Shown: positions 11,269 through 21,808, counted from the stretch's first letter. The stretch: 32,000 nucleotides of DNA from Blochmannia endosymbiont of Camponotus modoc (GCF_023585785.1 NZ_CP097765.1:450001-482000), one strand, 5' to 3'. Made by a program: numbers and translations. Notes: generated from the letters alone by a model not told the origin.

Positions 11269-11550
11269 TTAATCTTGTAATTGACTATTTTGTGTATTGT
11301 TTTGAATATACTTTTGATTTTGTTTGCTATTTATATTTCCCAGTAACAAACTAAATAAAAAAAATAATATAGCTAAAATTACTATTAAACACGTTATACC
11401 ATCATTGATACCTCCTGAACCTAACATATCTCCTAAAGAACGACTACTAAACATTCCTCCTGAATCATTATTTTTGTTTTGTTGTAACATAATCAATGTG
11501 ATTAGAGATATTGCTATAATTAAAAATATAACCAAAAAAGCTTGATACAT
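11269..11550 (-). CDS. secG: Preprotein translocase subunit SecG
   Basis: The 93-aa ORF begins MYQAFLVIFLIIAISLITLIMLQQNK, matching E. coli MYEALLVVFLIVAIGLVGLIMLQQGK. The second TM segment with LLGNINS is conserved, and synteny (glmM-secG-leuU) holds. Confidence 0.92.
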   Translation of the reverse strand: MYQAFLVIFLIIAISLITLIMLQQNKNNDSGGMFSSRSLGDMLGSGGINDGITCLIVILAILFFLFSLLLGNINSKQNQKYIQNNTQNSQLQD

Positions 11551-11698
11551 GACATTATATCGCCTTATATAAACATTTTACATTTAAAAAAAATAAATAA
11601 TTTCTGCAACTACTAATATTTCTTTCTATATAAAAAATACTATATAACTCCTATATATTACAATTATTCGATATACGCATAATATTTGAAGTAAATTA

Positions 11699-13057
11699 CT
11701 ATTGTATTGATTTTATTTCCGATCTTATTACAGAAGCAATCCTATTTGCTAAATATAATATTTTACCATAACATTTTCCCTCTACCATAATACGAATATA
11801 TGGTTCAGTACCAGACTGACGCAATAACACGCGTCCTTGTTCAGATAACTCCTGTTCTACTGCTTTAGTTTCTTTTCTAACCAAATCAGATTCTAAAGGG
11901 CTTTGAATACTAGAACAATATACATTAACTAAAATTTGAGGTAATAAAGACACATCATTACATAATTCATATAAACTTACGCAATTATTTACCATTGCGG
12001 ACAATATTTGAAGAGCAACAATAATACCATCTCCCGTGGTAGTTTTATCTAAAAGTACAATATGCCCGGAATTTTCACCTCCAATATTCCAACCCTTTTT
12101 TTTTAACATTGCAAGTACACAGCGATCGCCGACATTAGAACGTATAAAAGGGATATTTAACTGTTTTAATGCCAATACAAGCCCCATATTACTCATAAGA
12201 GTCCCTACAATACCACCTGTTAATTGCTTGCAATGTAATTTTTCTCGAGCAATAATGTACAGCATTTGATCACCATCTACTTTATTTCCAAAATGATCAA
12301 CCATAATGACCCTGTCTCCATCCCCATCATAAGCAATACCTAAATCTGCTTTTTTTGCTAATACATGAGCACGTAATTGCCGAATATCTGTAGTACCACT
12401 TTCTTTATTAATATTAACTCCATTTGGACGACACGCAATAGTAATCACATTAGCGCCCAATTCACGAAATACACTTGGAGCTATATGATAAGTAGCTCCA
12501 TTAGCACAATCTACAATTATTTTTAATTTTCTTAAACTGAGATGAGCAGGGAAAGTTCCTTTGCAAAATTCTATATAACGACCAGCTGCATCAACAATAC
12601 GACTAGCTTTTCCTAACTCTTTTGGGTCAACACACGTTAAACATTTATCTAATTCTATTTCTATAGAATGCTCTACTTCATCATCTAATTTAGTACCCTT
12701 AATAGAAAAAAACTTAATACCATTATCATAAAAAGGATTATGTGAAGCAGAAATTACAATGCCAGCTTCAGCTCTAAAAGCACGAGTTAAATACGCAATA
12801 GCTGGAGTAGGCATAGGACCAGTTAATGCAGCAGACAAACCAGCGGCAGCTAATCCTGACTCTAATGCCGATTCTAACATATACCCAGAAATGCGAGTAT
12901 CTTTTCCAATAATAACGTAATTAGACCTACCCCCACTAAAACGACTTAATACTTTTCCTGCAGCCCAACCAAGCTTCAGAATAAAATCTGGAGTAATGGG
13001 AATGCTTCCAACTTTACCTCTAATTCCATCAGTACCAAAGTATTTGCGGCGCTTCAT
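11699..13057 (-). CDS. glmM: Phosphoglucosamine mutase
   Basis: The 452-aa ORF carries [13 protein letters not shown], the active-site ISASHNP and GDGDR, and is collinear with E. coli GlmM (445 aa). Confidence 0.96.
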   Translation of the reverse strand: MKRRKYFGTDGIRGKVGSIPITPDFILKLGWAAGKVLSRFSGGRSNYVIIGKDTRISGYMLESALESGLAAAGLSAALTGPMPTPAIAYLTRAFRAEAGIVISASHNPFYDNGIKFFSIKGTKLDDEVEHSIEIELDKCLTCVDPKELGKASRIVDAAGRYIEFCKGTFPAHLSLRKLKIIVDCANGATYHIAPSVFRELGANVITIACRPNGVNINKESGTTDIRQLRAHVLAKKADLGIAYDGDGDRVIMVDHFGNKVDGDQMLYIIAREKLHCKQLTGGIVGTLMSNMGLVLALKQLNIPFIRSNVGDRCVLAMLKKKGWNIGGENSGHIVLLDKTTTGDGIIVALQILSAMVNNCVSLYELCNDVSLLPQILVNVYCSSIQSPLESDLVRKETKAVEQELSEQGRVLLRQSGTEPYIRIMVEGKCYGKILYLANRIASVIRSEIKSIQ

Positions 13058-13071
13058 ATTAATTTTTGTCC

Positions 13072-13935
13072 TTATTTTGATCGCTGTTTCAACATCATGC
13101 GCACCACTTTTAATGCTTCTGCTGTTTCCTTAACGTCATGCACGCGAATAATTTGTACGCCTTGTGTAGCTGCAATCACTGCGCAAGCAATGCTGCCTAT
13201 TAATCTTTGTTTAGGATTATATGAATTAGAACTAAGACTAAGCATTGACTTGCGTGATATACCTACTAATAAAGGTAAACCAAAATGATGAAAATATTTC
13301 AAATTAGCTAATAGTTGATAATTATGTGATAAACTCTTCCCAAAACCAAAACCAGGATCAAGTAATAATTTATTTCTGCTAATACCCGCTAATTCAAAAC
13401 GAGTGATTTGTTTAATAAAATACTCGTTTACTGCATGTGTAACATTAGAATACATAGGAGAATTTTGCATTGTATTAGGCTCTCCTTGCATATGTACTAA
13501 ACACACCGGCAGTTTACAATACAATGCAGCTTTCAGCGCTCCTGTAGCAGTAAGAGAGCGGATATCATTAATCATATGAGCACCGATAGCTGCGCTCTCA
13601 CGTATTATTAATGCTGATGATGTATTTATTGAAATATAAGTATCAAAACGCTGTGCTATAGCACGTACTACAGGTATAACCCGATCCGCTTCTTCTTCAT
13701 CACTGACAATATCGGATCCAGGTCGTGTTGATTCTCCGCCGACATCAATCCAAGTAGCACCATAAGTAATCATATTAAACACATGATCAATTGCTTTAGG
13801 AAGGGTGCAATAATTACCTCCATCAAAAAAGGAATCAGGAGTAATATTTAAAATCCCCATAATTTGAATTTCAGAAAAATCTAAAATACGTTTATTTGTA
13901 ATCAATGTCATAAATTTAAAGACATCTCCAAGCAT
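13072..13935 (-). CDS. folP: Dihydropteroate synthase
   Basis: The ORF carries [30 protein letters not shown] and IRVHDVKET. The start is uncertain. The ATG at 13935 gives 287 aa, while the ATG at 13911 gives an N-terminus matching E. coli (282 aa) in length. Confidence 0.93.
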   Translation of the reverse strand: MLGDVFKFMTLITNKRILDFSEIQIMGILNITPDSFFDGGNYCTLPKAIDHVFNMITYGATWIDVGGESTRPGSDIVSDEEEADRVIPVVRAIAQRFDTYISINTSSALIIRESAAIGAHMINDIRSLTATGALKAALYCKLPVCLVHMQGEPNTMQNSPMYSNVTHAVNEYFIKQITRFELAGISRNKLLLDPGFGFGKSLSHNYQLLANLKYFHHFGLPLLVGISRKSMLSLSSNSYNPKQRLIGSIACAVIAATQGVQIIRVHDVKETAEALKVVRMMLKQRSK

Positions 13936-14042
13936 TATTTAAAAAATTAATTTAGGTGATCTAATTCATATCAAAAACGTAAAATACTATTTAAAGCTAA
14001 CAGTAAGTCAATTTTTTGTTTTTATATGAAAATTATTACATA

Positions 14043-15980
14043 TTATTGTGATGCGGCATCAGGATTATCATTGTAAGATTCGCTGTCTACTGATTTTGGC
14101 CCTTTTATAGAAGAAACACAAGCCTCCTTACTACTATTGTTAGCGTCAGAGACGCTATTTTCCCATCCAGATGGAGGATTAATTGATTTTCGATCCATCA
14201 AATCATTTATCTGAGATGCATTAATCGTCTCGTATTTTATCAACGCATCTTTCATAGAATGAAGAATATCCACATTTTTTATCAAAAGCTCACGAGCACG
14301 TATATAATTTCTTTCAATCAAAAATTTAATTTCCTGATCAATAATACGAGCAGTTTCATCAGACATATGCTTTGCTTTCGCCACTGAACGACCAAGAAAT
14401 ATTTCTCCTTCTTCTTCTGCATACAATAACGGACCAAGTTTTTCAGAGAACCCCCATTGAGTTACCATATTTCGAGCAATAGAAGTAGCTACTTTAATAT
14501 CGTTAGAGGCGCCAGTAGATACTTTATTAGGGCCATAAATTATTTCTTCAGCAAGTCTACCCCCATATAATGTAGAAATTTGACTCTCTAATTTCTGTCG
14601 ACTAGTGCTAATTGCATCGCCTTCTGGTAAAAAAAACGTTACACCTAAAGCACGTCCCCTAGGGATTATGGTCACTTTATGAACCGGATCATGCTCCGGG
14701 ACTAATCTACCAATTATAGCATGACCAGCTTCATGATAGGCTGTGGATTCTTTTTGAGCTTCTGTCATCACCATGGAACGACGCTCTGCACCCATTACAA
14801 TCTTATCTTTAGCTTTTTCAAACTCTACCATCGATACCATATGTTTGCTGTCACGAGCAGCAAATAACGCCGCTTCATTCACGAGATTAGCTAAATCTGC
14901 TCCTGAGAATCCTGGTGTACCTCGAGCAATCACTAATATATCTACATCTGATGACAACGGTACATGACTGATGTGTACTTTTAATATTTGTTCTCTCCCC
15001 CGAATATCCGGTAATCCTACAACTACTTGACGGTCAAATCGTCCTGGTCTTAATAAAGCTGGATCCAACACATCTGGACGATTAGTAGCAGCTATGACAA
15101 TGATACCTTCTTTCCCTTCAAACCCATCCATTTCTACTAACATCTGATTTAGAGTTTGTTCACGTTCATCGTGTCCCCCTCCTAAACCTGCGCCTCTCTG
15201 ACGACCAACCGCATCAATTTCATCAATAAAAATAATACATGGGGCAGCTTTCTTAGCCTGTTCAAACATATCCCGAACACGAGATGCTCCGACACCGACA
15301 AACATCTCTACAAAGTCAGAGCCCGAAATAGTAAAAAATGGAACTTTTGCTTCTCCCGCAATAGCTTTGGCTAAAAGTGTTTTTCCAGTGCCAGGAGGTC
15401 CTACCATTAAGACTCCTTTTGGAATTTTTCCCCCTAATTTTTGAAATCTGCTGGGTTCACGTAAATAATCTACTAATTCTTTCACTTCTTCTTTTGCTTC
15501 ATCACATCCTGCCACATCTGCAAAAGTAGTTTTTATTTGATCTTCAGTTAGCATACGTGCTTTACTTTTACCAAAAGACATGGCTCCCTTTCCACCTCCT
15601 TGCATTTGACGCATAAAGAAAACCCAAACCCCAATCAATAACAACATCGGAAACCAAGAAATAAAAATAGATGTAATTAAACTAGGTTCTTCTGGAGGCT
15701 CCCCAACAACTTTAACTTTTTTAGTTAAAAGAATGTCAAGTAATTTCGGGTCATTTACTGGAATATAAGTAATATAACGATTACTATCCTTTTTAATAAC
15801 CACAATTTCACGGCCATTAATGCGAGCTTCTTTAACTTGATCCTGGTTTAAATCATACATAAAAGTGGAATAATCCAATTTGCGACTGTTTGAGTCGCTA
15901 GGCCCGAAATTCTGGAATAAAGACATCAAGACTACTGCAATGACTAACCAGATACCCAGATTTTTCGCCATGTCACTCAA
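14043..15980 (-). CDS. ftsH: ATP-dependent zinc metalloprotease FtsH
   Basis: Very high similarity to E. coli FtsH along the whole length ([24 protein letters not shown] zinc site). TTG at 15980 has GAGG 7 nt upstream. The ATG at 15971 (MAKNLGIW) corresponds to the commonly annotated E. coli start. Confidence 0.97.
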   Translation of the reverse strand: MSDMAKNLGIWLVIAVVLMSLFQNFGPSDSNSRKLDYSTFMYDLNQDQVKEARINGREIVVIKKDSNRYITYIPVNDPKLLDILLTKKVKVVGEPPEEPSLITSIFISWFPMLLLIGVWVFFMRQMQGGGKGAMSFGKSKARMLTEDQIKTTFADVAGCDEAKEEVKELVDYLREPSRFQKLGGKIPKGVLMVGPPGTGKTLLAKAIAGEAKVPFFTISGSDFVEMFVGVGASRVRDMFEQAKKAAPCIIFIDEIDAVGRQRGAGLGGGHDEREQTLNQMLVEMDGFEGKEGIIVIAATNRPDVLDPALLRPGRFDRQVVVGLPDIRGREQILKVHISHVPLSSDVDILVIARGTPGFSGADLANLVNEAALFAARDSKHMVSMVEFEKAKDKIVMGAERRSMVMTEAQKESTAYHEAGHAIIGRLVPEHDPVHKVTIIPRGRALGVTFFLPEGDAISTSRQKLESQISTLYGGRLAEEIIYGPNKVSTGASNDIKVATSIARNMVTQWGFSEKLGPLLYAEEEGEIFLGRSVAKAKHMSDETARIIDQEIKFLIERNYIRARELLIKNVDILHSMKDALIKYETINASQINDLMDRKSINPPSGWENSVSDANNSSKEACVSSIKGPKSVDSESYNDNPDAASQ

Positions 15981-16043
15981 AAGATTAACCTCGCATTACA
16001 ACAAAATTTAAATAATTTTAACATATCTACATATAAATTATGT

Positions 16044-16670
16044 TTACTTACGTTCTTTCGCTACAATATAAACCTCACGAGAATGAGACCTAGAGGCATC
16101 TGGCTTACGGATCCTTACTATGTTAAATAAGGAATGCACATCACACAAGTATTTATCCAAACCCTTTCCCTGAAAAACTTTCACTAAAAAAGCGCCTCTA
16201 CGCATTAATACACTACGACATATATTTAACGCCAAATTCCCAAGATATATAGACCGACTTACATCGATTATTGATATACCGGTTGTATTAGGAGACATAT
16301 CAGATAAAACCACATTAACCTGTTTCTGTCCTAGCCATGTACATAATATTTTGAAAATATTAGGATTAGAACAATCTCCTTGCAAAAAATTCACTCCAGA
16401 AATATTACACATAGACAATATGTCGCACGCTACAATACGCCCTGTCCTTCCTATTTTATTTTTTACATAAAGCGTCCACCCACCAGGCGCTGATCCCAAA
16501 TCTATTACTGTCATACCAGTAGAAAACAATGCATCCATGCGATTTATTGCATCAAGCTTAAACCAAGACCGTGACCGCAGTTTCTGTCTGTGTGCTGCTT
16601 TCACATACTGATCTTTGAAATGTTTTTGTAACCATCCTGAAGAACGCATAGAACGTTTTCTATTTACCAT
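16044..16670 (-). CDS. rlmE: 23S rRNA 2'-O-ribose U2552 methyltransferase RlmE (FtsJ)
   Basis: The 208-aa ORF carries LRSRSWFKLD, the SAM site VIDLGSAPGGW and SREVYIVA, and sits directly upstream of ftsH as in E. coli. Confidence 0.95.
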   Translation of the reverse strand: MVNRKRSMRSSGWLQKHFKDQYVKAAHRQKLRSRSWFKLDAINRMDALFSTGMTVIDLGSAPGGWTLYVKNKIGRTGRIVACDILSMCNISGVNFLQGDCSNPNIFKILCTWLGQKQVNVVLSDMSPNTTGISIIDVSRSIYLGNLALNICRSVLMRRGAFLVKVFQGKGLDKYLCDVHSLFNIVRIRKPDASRSHSREVYIVAKERK

Positions 16671-17048
16671 ATCAGGTTACTTCTCAAATATTTTTTGAAT
16701 AAATAACATTGATAAAATGACGACAACTTGTATTTCTTTCAATCTTACTTAAACAAAAAAATAAAAATTCCATAAAAATAAATAAATTTTTTGTGTATAT
16801 CCAATTTTTATATATTTTTCCAACTATTACAAATAATGTACATAAAAAATATATCTAATTGTAAACAATAAATATTTCAAAACAGATGAAAGTAAAAATA
16901 TAAACTTATTAGTAATAATGTTAATAGCATCATATATTTGTGTTATTAACATTAATTAATATAGCGACTACGAATACAATTTAATTTTCTACTTTCATAA
17001 TTATCATTTCGTAAAAAATTTAAAATAAAAACTAAAATAAAAATATGT

Positions 17049-17525
17049 TTAACAATATTTAACCTGGAGTATTTTATATCTTACTTTCCCTTTTGGAGTA
17101 TTAATTCGAACAATATCTCCTTCTTTATGACCAATCAAACCTCTAGCAATAGGAGAATTGATAGAAATCATATGTTCTTTAAGATTTGCCTCATCGTCCC
17201 CTACAATACTATACGTTTGTCTATGTGTTGTATCCAAGTTTTCAACACCAACCGTAGCACCAAAAACTATTTTATCGTCAGTAGTTAGTTTGGAAATATC
17301 TATAATATATGCATTAGAAAGCTTAGACTCTATTTCTTGAATACGACCCTCACAAAATCCTTGTTGTTCTCGAGCAGCATGATACTCAGCATTTTCTTTT
17401 AAGTCGCCATGCTCCCGCGCTTCGGAAATATTTTTTATAATTTCTGGGCGACGAACATTTTTTAAATAATCCAGTTCCTCTCTCAACTTTTCAGCTCCAC
17501 GTAAAGTCATTGGTATGCGCTTCAT
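17049..17525 (-). CDS. greA: Transcription elongation factor GreA
   Basis: The ORF is 158 aa, the same length as E. coli GreA, and carries [16 protein letters not shown] and [23 protein letters not shown]. Confidence 0.96.
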   Translation of the reverse strand: MKRIPMTLRGAEKLREELDYLKNVRRPEIIKNISEAREHGDLKENAEYHAAREQQGFCEGRIQEIESKLSNAYIIDISKLTTDDKIVFGATVGVENLDTTHRQTYSIVGDDEANLKEHMISINSPIARGLIGHKEGDIVRINTPKGKVRYKILQVKYC

Positions 17526-17820
17526 GTTGTACCTTTATTATATTGCATACATTTAAACAATAAACAATCACACTACATACAAAAGCATGATTTAATTAAA
17601 CATTATATATTTTTATCTTTTTAAAAAAAATTGTTATTACCTAGCTTTTAAGAACTTTATCAAAAAATATTTCTCTTAATATGTATGGAGTATTTTTTAA
17701 ATAGCTATGTTTATAAAACATCATAAATTTTACGATATCATGATATTAAAATTTTTTAAACTTAACGGTATATTATGTGTATTGTTTTAAAATAACAATA
17801 GAATTAGCTAATCCTGATTC

Positions 17821-18876
17821 CTACTCATTGTCTTGTGTATCCATAAGATTTGATTCTTGACTTTGAGTATGATGAATAATAAATTTCATAATACTGTTAC
17901 ATAGCGTAAATACATTAGTATTATACATAGAAGATATGGAGTAATAGCGCCCTTTCCATTTTAAGGAACTAATAACACGGTTAATCCTTTTTTCCGCCAC
18001 GTTTCGTTCCAACAAATCTATTTTATTGAATATTAACCAACAAGGTTTGCTAACTAAATTTTCATTATAATTACTTAATTCATGCTGAATAGTAATAATA
18101 TTTTCTAATGGATCAGAATTATCCACAGGCGCAATATCAATAAAATGCAGTAAAATTTGACAGTGTTCTAGATGCTTCAAAAATTGCATTCCTAATCCTA
18201 AACCATGAGAAGCGCCTTTAATAATACCAGGAATATCTGCAATAATAAATCTGTCATAGTTATTAATTTGTACTACACCTAAATACGGTACTAATGTAGT
18301 AAATGGATAATCTGCCACTTTTGGTTTAGCTGATGATATTATACGAATAAAACTAGATTTTCCAGAATTAGGTAATCCAAATATTCCAACATTTGCTATT
18401 AGCAGCAATTCTAATAGCAAATGTTGGAATTCTCCTGTTGACCCATGTGTATTAAGTGCCTTACGATGCAAAGAAGATTTAAAATGTCCATTCCCTAAAC
18501 CATGGCGACCTCCTTTAGCCACCATCAACTGCTTATGATGAATACCCATATCTCCCAATAATTTATTTGTTTTTTTATAGCTTACTCTAGTTCCCCACGG
18601 AACTTTCACAATAACATCTTTGCCTCTTTTACCAGTACAACCACGGCTACGCCCGCATTGTCCATGCCCGGCTCTAAAAACACAATTAGAATGAAAATAA
18701 TTTAAAGTATTAATATTAGGATCTGCTAATAACCAAACATCCCCACCATTTCCTCCATTACTACCATTAGGTTTTTTCAAAAAAGAAGATCTTCTTCCTG
18801 ATTTTTGAAAACTGATACATCCATTCCCTCCGTTACCAGCAATAACCGTAATATTGGTCATGTCGACAAATTTCAT
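17821..18876 (-). CDS. obgE: GTPase ObgE/CgtA (shorter than E. coli; no acidic C-terminal tail)
   Basis: The 351-aa ORF has the MKFVD start, a glycine-rich Obg fold (GGNGCISF, GGNGGDVW), G-motifs GLPNSGKSS, DIPG and NKID, and the AKPKVADYPFTTL motif. Confidence 0.95.
   Translation of the reverse strand: MKFVDMTNITVIAGNGGNGCISFQKSGRRSSFLKKPNGSNGGNGGDVWLLADPNINTLNYFHSNCVFRAGHGQCGRSRGCTGKRGKDVIVKVPWGTRVSYKKTNKLLGDMGIHHKQLMVAKGGRHGLGNGHFKSSLHRKALNTHGSTGEFQHLLLELLLIANVGIFGLPNSGKSSFIRIISSAKPKVADYPFTTLVPYLGVVQINNYDRFIIADIPGIIKGASHGLGLGMQFLKHLEHCQILLHFIDIAPVDNSDPLENIITIQHELSNYNENLVSKPCWLIFNKIDLLERNVAEKRINRVISSLKWKGRYYSISSMYNTNVFTLCNSIMKFIIHHTQSQESNLMDTQDNE
18383..18430. repeat. Perfect 20-bp inverted repeat with an 8-nt spacer inside the obgE coding sequence
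   Basis: The left arm attccaacatttgctattag (18383-18402) is the exact reverse complement of the right arm ctaatagcaaatgttggaat (18411-18430). The spacer is cagcaatt. The repeat encodes FQHLLLELLLIANVGI on the minus strand. Confidence 0.95.
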
Positions 18877-19228
18877 AATATATCTCTAATATATCGTCTA
18901 TATTTATAGTATGTACATCTTATCACTTAATAAATTAGTGTAAATTTTGTAATAATTAAAATTTATGCCATATTGTTAAATAACGTTTTTAGTATTTTTG
19001 TTACTGATATCGTTATCAATATACATAATTATTTACCTTTCAAATCTGTATGAACACATGAACGTTTTTATGATTCTTGAACCTTATAAAAAACACATAT
19101 GTCATTTTTAAAATACTAATACAATCATCGCTTATAACTATACAACTACCAAAATACCCGAGCGCAATTAATTTTTATTTATAAAATAAAAAATTTTAAT
19201 TATTAAGTAACATTAACAAATTACATTT

Positions 19229-19489
19229 CTATTTCTGAGAAACGATACTAATAAACTTACGACGCAATGCTCCCCTTTTTTCAAATAAAACTTTCCCAGA
19301 TTTTAAAGCAAAAAGAGTATAATCCCTTCCACAACCTACGTATTTTCCTGGATGAAATGTATTGCCTCGTTGGCGCACAATAATAGTGCCTGACGATACA
19401 CATTCACCTCCAAAACATTTAACTCCTAAACGCTTACTATGTGAATCTCGACCGTTACGAGTAGAGCCTCCAGCTTTTTTATGTGCCAT
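19229..19489 (-). CDS. rpmA: 50S ribosomal protein L27
   Basis: The 86-aa ORF begins [16 protein letters not shown], as in E. coli L27. Confidence 0.96.
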   Translation of the reverse strand: MAHKKAGGSTRNGRDSHSKRLGVKCFGGECVSSGTIIVRQRGNTFHPGKYVGCGRDYTLFALKSGKVLFEKRGALRRKFISIVSQK

Positions 19490-19505
19490 TTTTATTCCTT
19501 ATTTC

Positions 19506-19838
19506 TTAATGATTTGGATTGCAATTGCTTATGTTTATGCTTATTATTTTTATTGTTGTAAAACACTGACGATGTCCTTGAAATTTACGAAAATGTTTAC
19601 GACGTCTAAATTTAATAATCTTTATCTTCTGATTAAGACTCTGAGCTATAATTTCTGCTATAATCTGTCCATTTTTTATAAAAGGACTCCCTATATGAAG
19701 GCATTCATTAGACTCAATAAGCAATATTTGATTAAATTCAACGTGATTACCAATGTCAATATCAAGCCGTTCTATATGAATCACTTGACCTTCAACAACA
19801 CGATACTGTTTACTACCAGTTTGAAAAACTGCATACAT
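19506..19838 (-). CDS. rplU: 50S ribosomal protein L21
   Basis: The 110-aa ORF carries MYAVFQTGSKQYRV and KFRRRKHFRKFQGHRQ, and lies upstream of rpmA as in the E. coli rplU-rpmA operon. Confidence 0.95.
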   Translation of the reverse strand: MYAVFQTGSKQYRVVEGQVIHIERLDIDIGNHVEFNQILLIESNECLHIGSPFIKNGQIIAEIIAQSLNQKIKIIKFRRRKHFRKFQGHRQCFTTIKIISINISNCNPNH

Positions 19839-20032
19839 AAATAATAATCCATCTCTTGTTTATAATCTGATATTATTTCTATACATATTCTTATACATTA
19901 AAAAAAAATGTTTCTCAACACAATAATAAAATTTACTGCATACTCACAAGTGTAGTTTAACTTAATAAAAATCAAATTGCATACGTAAGTAACATATAAA
20001 TACATCAACATTTCATATTTATAATAATATTA

Positions 20033-21004
20033 ATGAATATTGATCAAATCTCCGAACTAACTGAACAAGATATGGAAGATGTGAATTCAGAAATTCGCAC
20101 GCGATTAGCATCTGAAATTACTTTAATTAACAAACTTGTTCAATACATTGTAGATAGCGGGGGAAAACGAATTAGACCCATGATTACCTTGCTGACCGCA
20201 AGGGCGTTATGTTATAAAAAAACACAACATGTTACTATTGCTACATTAATAGAGTTTATTCATACTGCTACTTTGTTACATGATGACGTAGTAGATAAAT
20301 CACACATGAGACGCGGTAGGAGAACTACTAATGCAATTTTTGGTAATGCTGCTAGTGTATTAGTAGGGGATTTTATATATACACGAGCTTTTCAAATGAT
20401 GACTGAATTAGAATCCTTGCGAATATTATCTTTGATGGCAGATGCGGTCAATATAATTGCAGCAGGTGAGATATTGCAATTAACACATTGTAATGACCCC
20501 AGTATTACTATCGATAGTTACATGAAAATTATTTATAGTAAAACTGCTCGTTTATTTGAAGTAGCTTCTCAATCATCTGCTATTTTAGCTGGTGCCAATG
20601 CATGTCAAGAAAAAGCATTGCGTAATTACGGGCGATATATGGGAATTGCCTTTCAACTAGTTGATGATGTATTAGATTATTCTGCCTCAGAAACAATATT
20701 TGGGAAAAATGTCGGAAATGATTTAAATGAAGGAAAGCTTACTCTCCCTCTGCTACACGCTATTCATCATAGCACCTCAAAACAAGCATCACTTATAATC
20801 CAATCTATTAAAAAAGGTAACCATCGTCACTTGTTAAATATAATTTTAGATACAATGCATCAACATGGATCATTAGAATACACTCGACAATGCGCTGAAA
20901 CAGAAATCAAAAAAGCTATTTCTTGTCTTGATATTTTACCTCCTTCTCCTTACCGACAAGCATTAGAAAGTTTAGCGGCTTATACGATTCAAAGAATTTA
21001 TTAG
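20033..21004 (+). CDS. ispB: Octaprenyl-diphosphate synthase
   Basis: The ORF is 323 aa, the same length as E. coli IspB. It carries GGKRIRPM and both aspartate-rich motifs (LLHDDVVD, QLVDDVLD), and is divergent from rplU as in E. coli. Confidence 0.95.
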   Translation: MNIDQISELTEQDMEDVNSEIRTRLASEITLINKLVQYIVDSGGKRIRPMITLLTARALCYKKTQHVTIATLIEFIHTATLLHDDVVDKSHMRRGRRTTNAIFGNAASVLVGDFIYTRAFQMMTELESLRILSLMADAVNIIAAGEILQLTHCNDPSITIDSYMKIIYSKTARLFEVASQSSAILAGANACQEKALRNYGRYMGIAFQLVDDVLDYSASETIFGKNVGNDLNEGKLTLPLLHAIHHSTSKQASLIIQSIKKGNHRHLLNIILDTMHQHGSLEYTRQCAETEIKKAISCLDILPPSPYRQALESLAAYTIQRIY

Positions 21005-21204
21005 ATTTTCACTTTAAAATTACAAATACATTTGACACTAAAAATTATATATAAAATGTAAAATTGTGATGCTTATAAACATGAAATACTTTTATTAACT
21101 GTAATAAACGTAATTATGTTATGTTAACAAACATATTGATAATAAATCATATATAACATATGATTGTTTTTTAAGTTTATTATTTACATATATAGGCAAT
21201 ATAA

Positions 21205-21738
21205 ATGTATTTCAATCAAGTACCAGCGGGAAAAAATATTCCAGAAGATATATATGTGATTATTGAAATTCCAGCTAATTCTGACCCAATTAAATATGAA
21301 ATTGATAAAAAAACAGGAATAATATTCGTTGATCGTTTTTTATTAACACCTATGTTTTACCCTTGCAATTATGGCTATATTAATAATACTTTATCTCTGG
21401 ACGGAGATCCAGTAGATGTCTTAGTGCCTACCCAATATCCTTTACAATCAGGTTGTGTAATACTTTGCCGACCTATAGGCATGCTTAATATGATAGATGA
21501 ATCTGGAGAAGATGCAAAAATAATTGCAGTGCCCCATGAGAAAATATCAGAACAATACTCACTAGTAAAAGATATAAATGATTTTTCAATTTTATTGCGC
21601 AATCAAATTAGTCATTTTTTTAAAAACTACAAAGAATTAGATTCTAAGAAGTGGGTAAAAATAAAGGGCTGGAGCAATATTAACGCTGCTAAAACGGAAA
21701 TTTTAAACTCTTTTGAACGTTTTAAAAAAAAAATATAA
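21205..21738 (+). CDS. ppa: Inorganic pyrophosphatase
   Basis: The 177-aa ORF (E. coli 176 aa) carries [24 protein letters not shown] and DGDPVDVLV. It ends in an in-frame A10 tract (21724-21733). Confidence 0.96.
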   Translation: MYFNQVPAGKNIPEDIYVIIEIPANSDPIKYEIDKKTGIIFVDRFLLTPMFYPCNYGYINNTLSLDGDPVDVLVPTQYPLQSGCVILCRPIGMLNMIDESGEDAKIIAVPHEKISEQYSLVKDINDFSILLRNQISHFFKNYKELDSKKWVKIKGWSNINAAKTEILNSFERFKKKI

Positions 21739-21808
21739 TATCACACTTTCATTTTATATTAGATCTCACATATTTTAAATATGTTGGGTGTGTGTAAATA
21801 TAAAGAAA

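Noticed and set aside
16717-16752. Mini-ORF that might be a yhbY remnant
   Set aside because: The similarity rests on about 4 residues in K/N/I-rich translated AT-rich DNA and is indistinguishable from chance by eye. I kept it only as a note in the findings.
16916-16953. 11-bp inverted repeat with a 17-nt loop (also a 10-bp stem at 31109-31131, a 9-bp all-A/T stem at 19172-19192, 10-bp arms at about 28640-28699, and a palindrome at 21768-21784)
   Set aside because: My rough estimate is that inverted repeats of 10-11 bp with short loops occur about once or more per 32 kb at this composition. They are almost purely A/T and lack a following T-tract. I did not call them terminators.
19362-19844. 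160-aa plus-strand ORF
   Set aside because: It is entirely antisense to rpmA and rplU, both strongly supported. The product is low-complexity and rich in F/Y/I/N/K, as expected from reading AT-rich DNA in the wrong frame, and it has no recognisable family.
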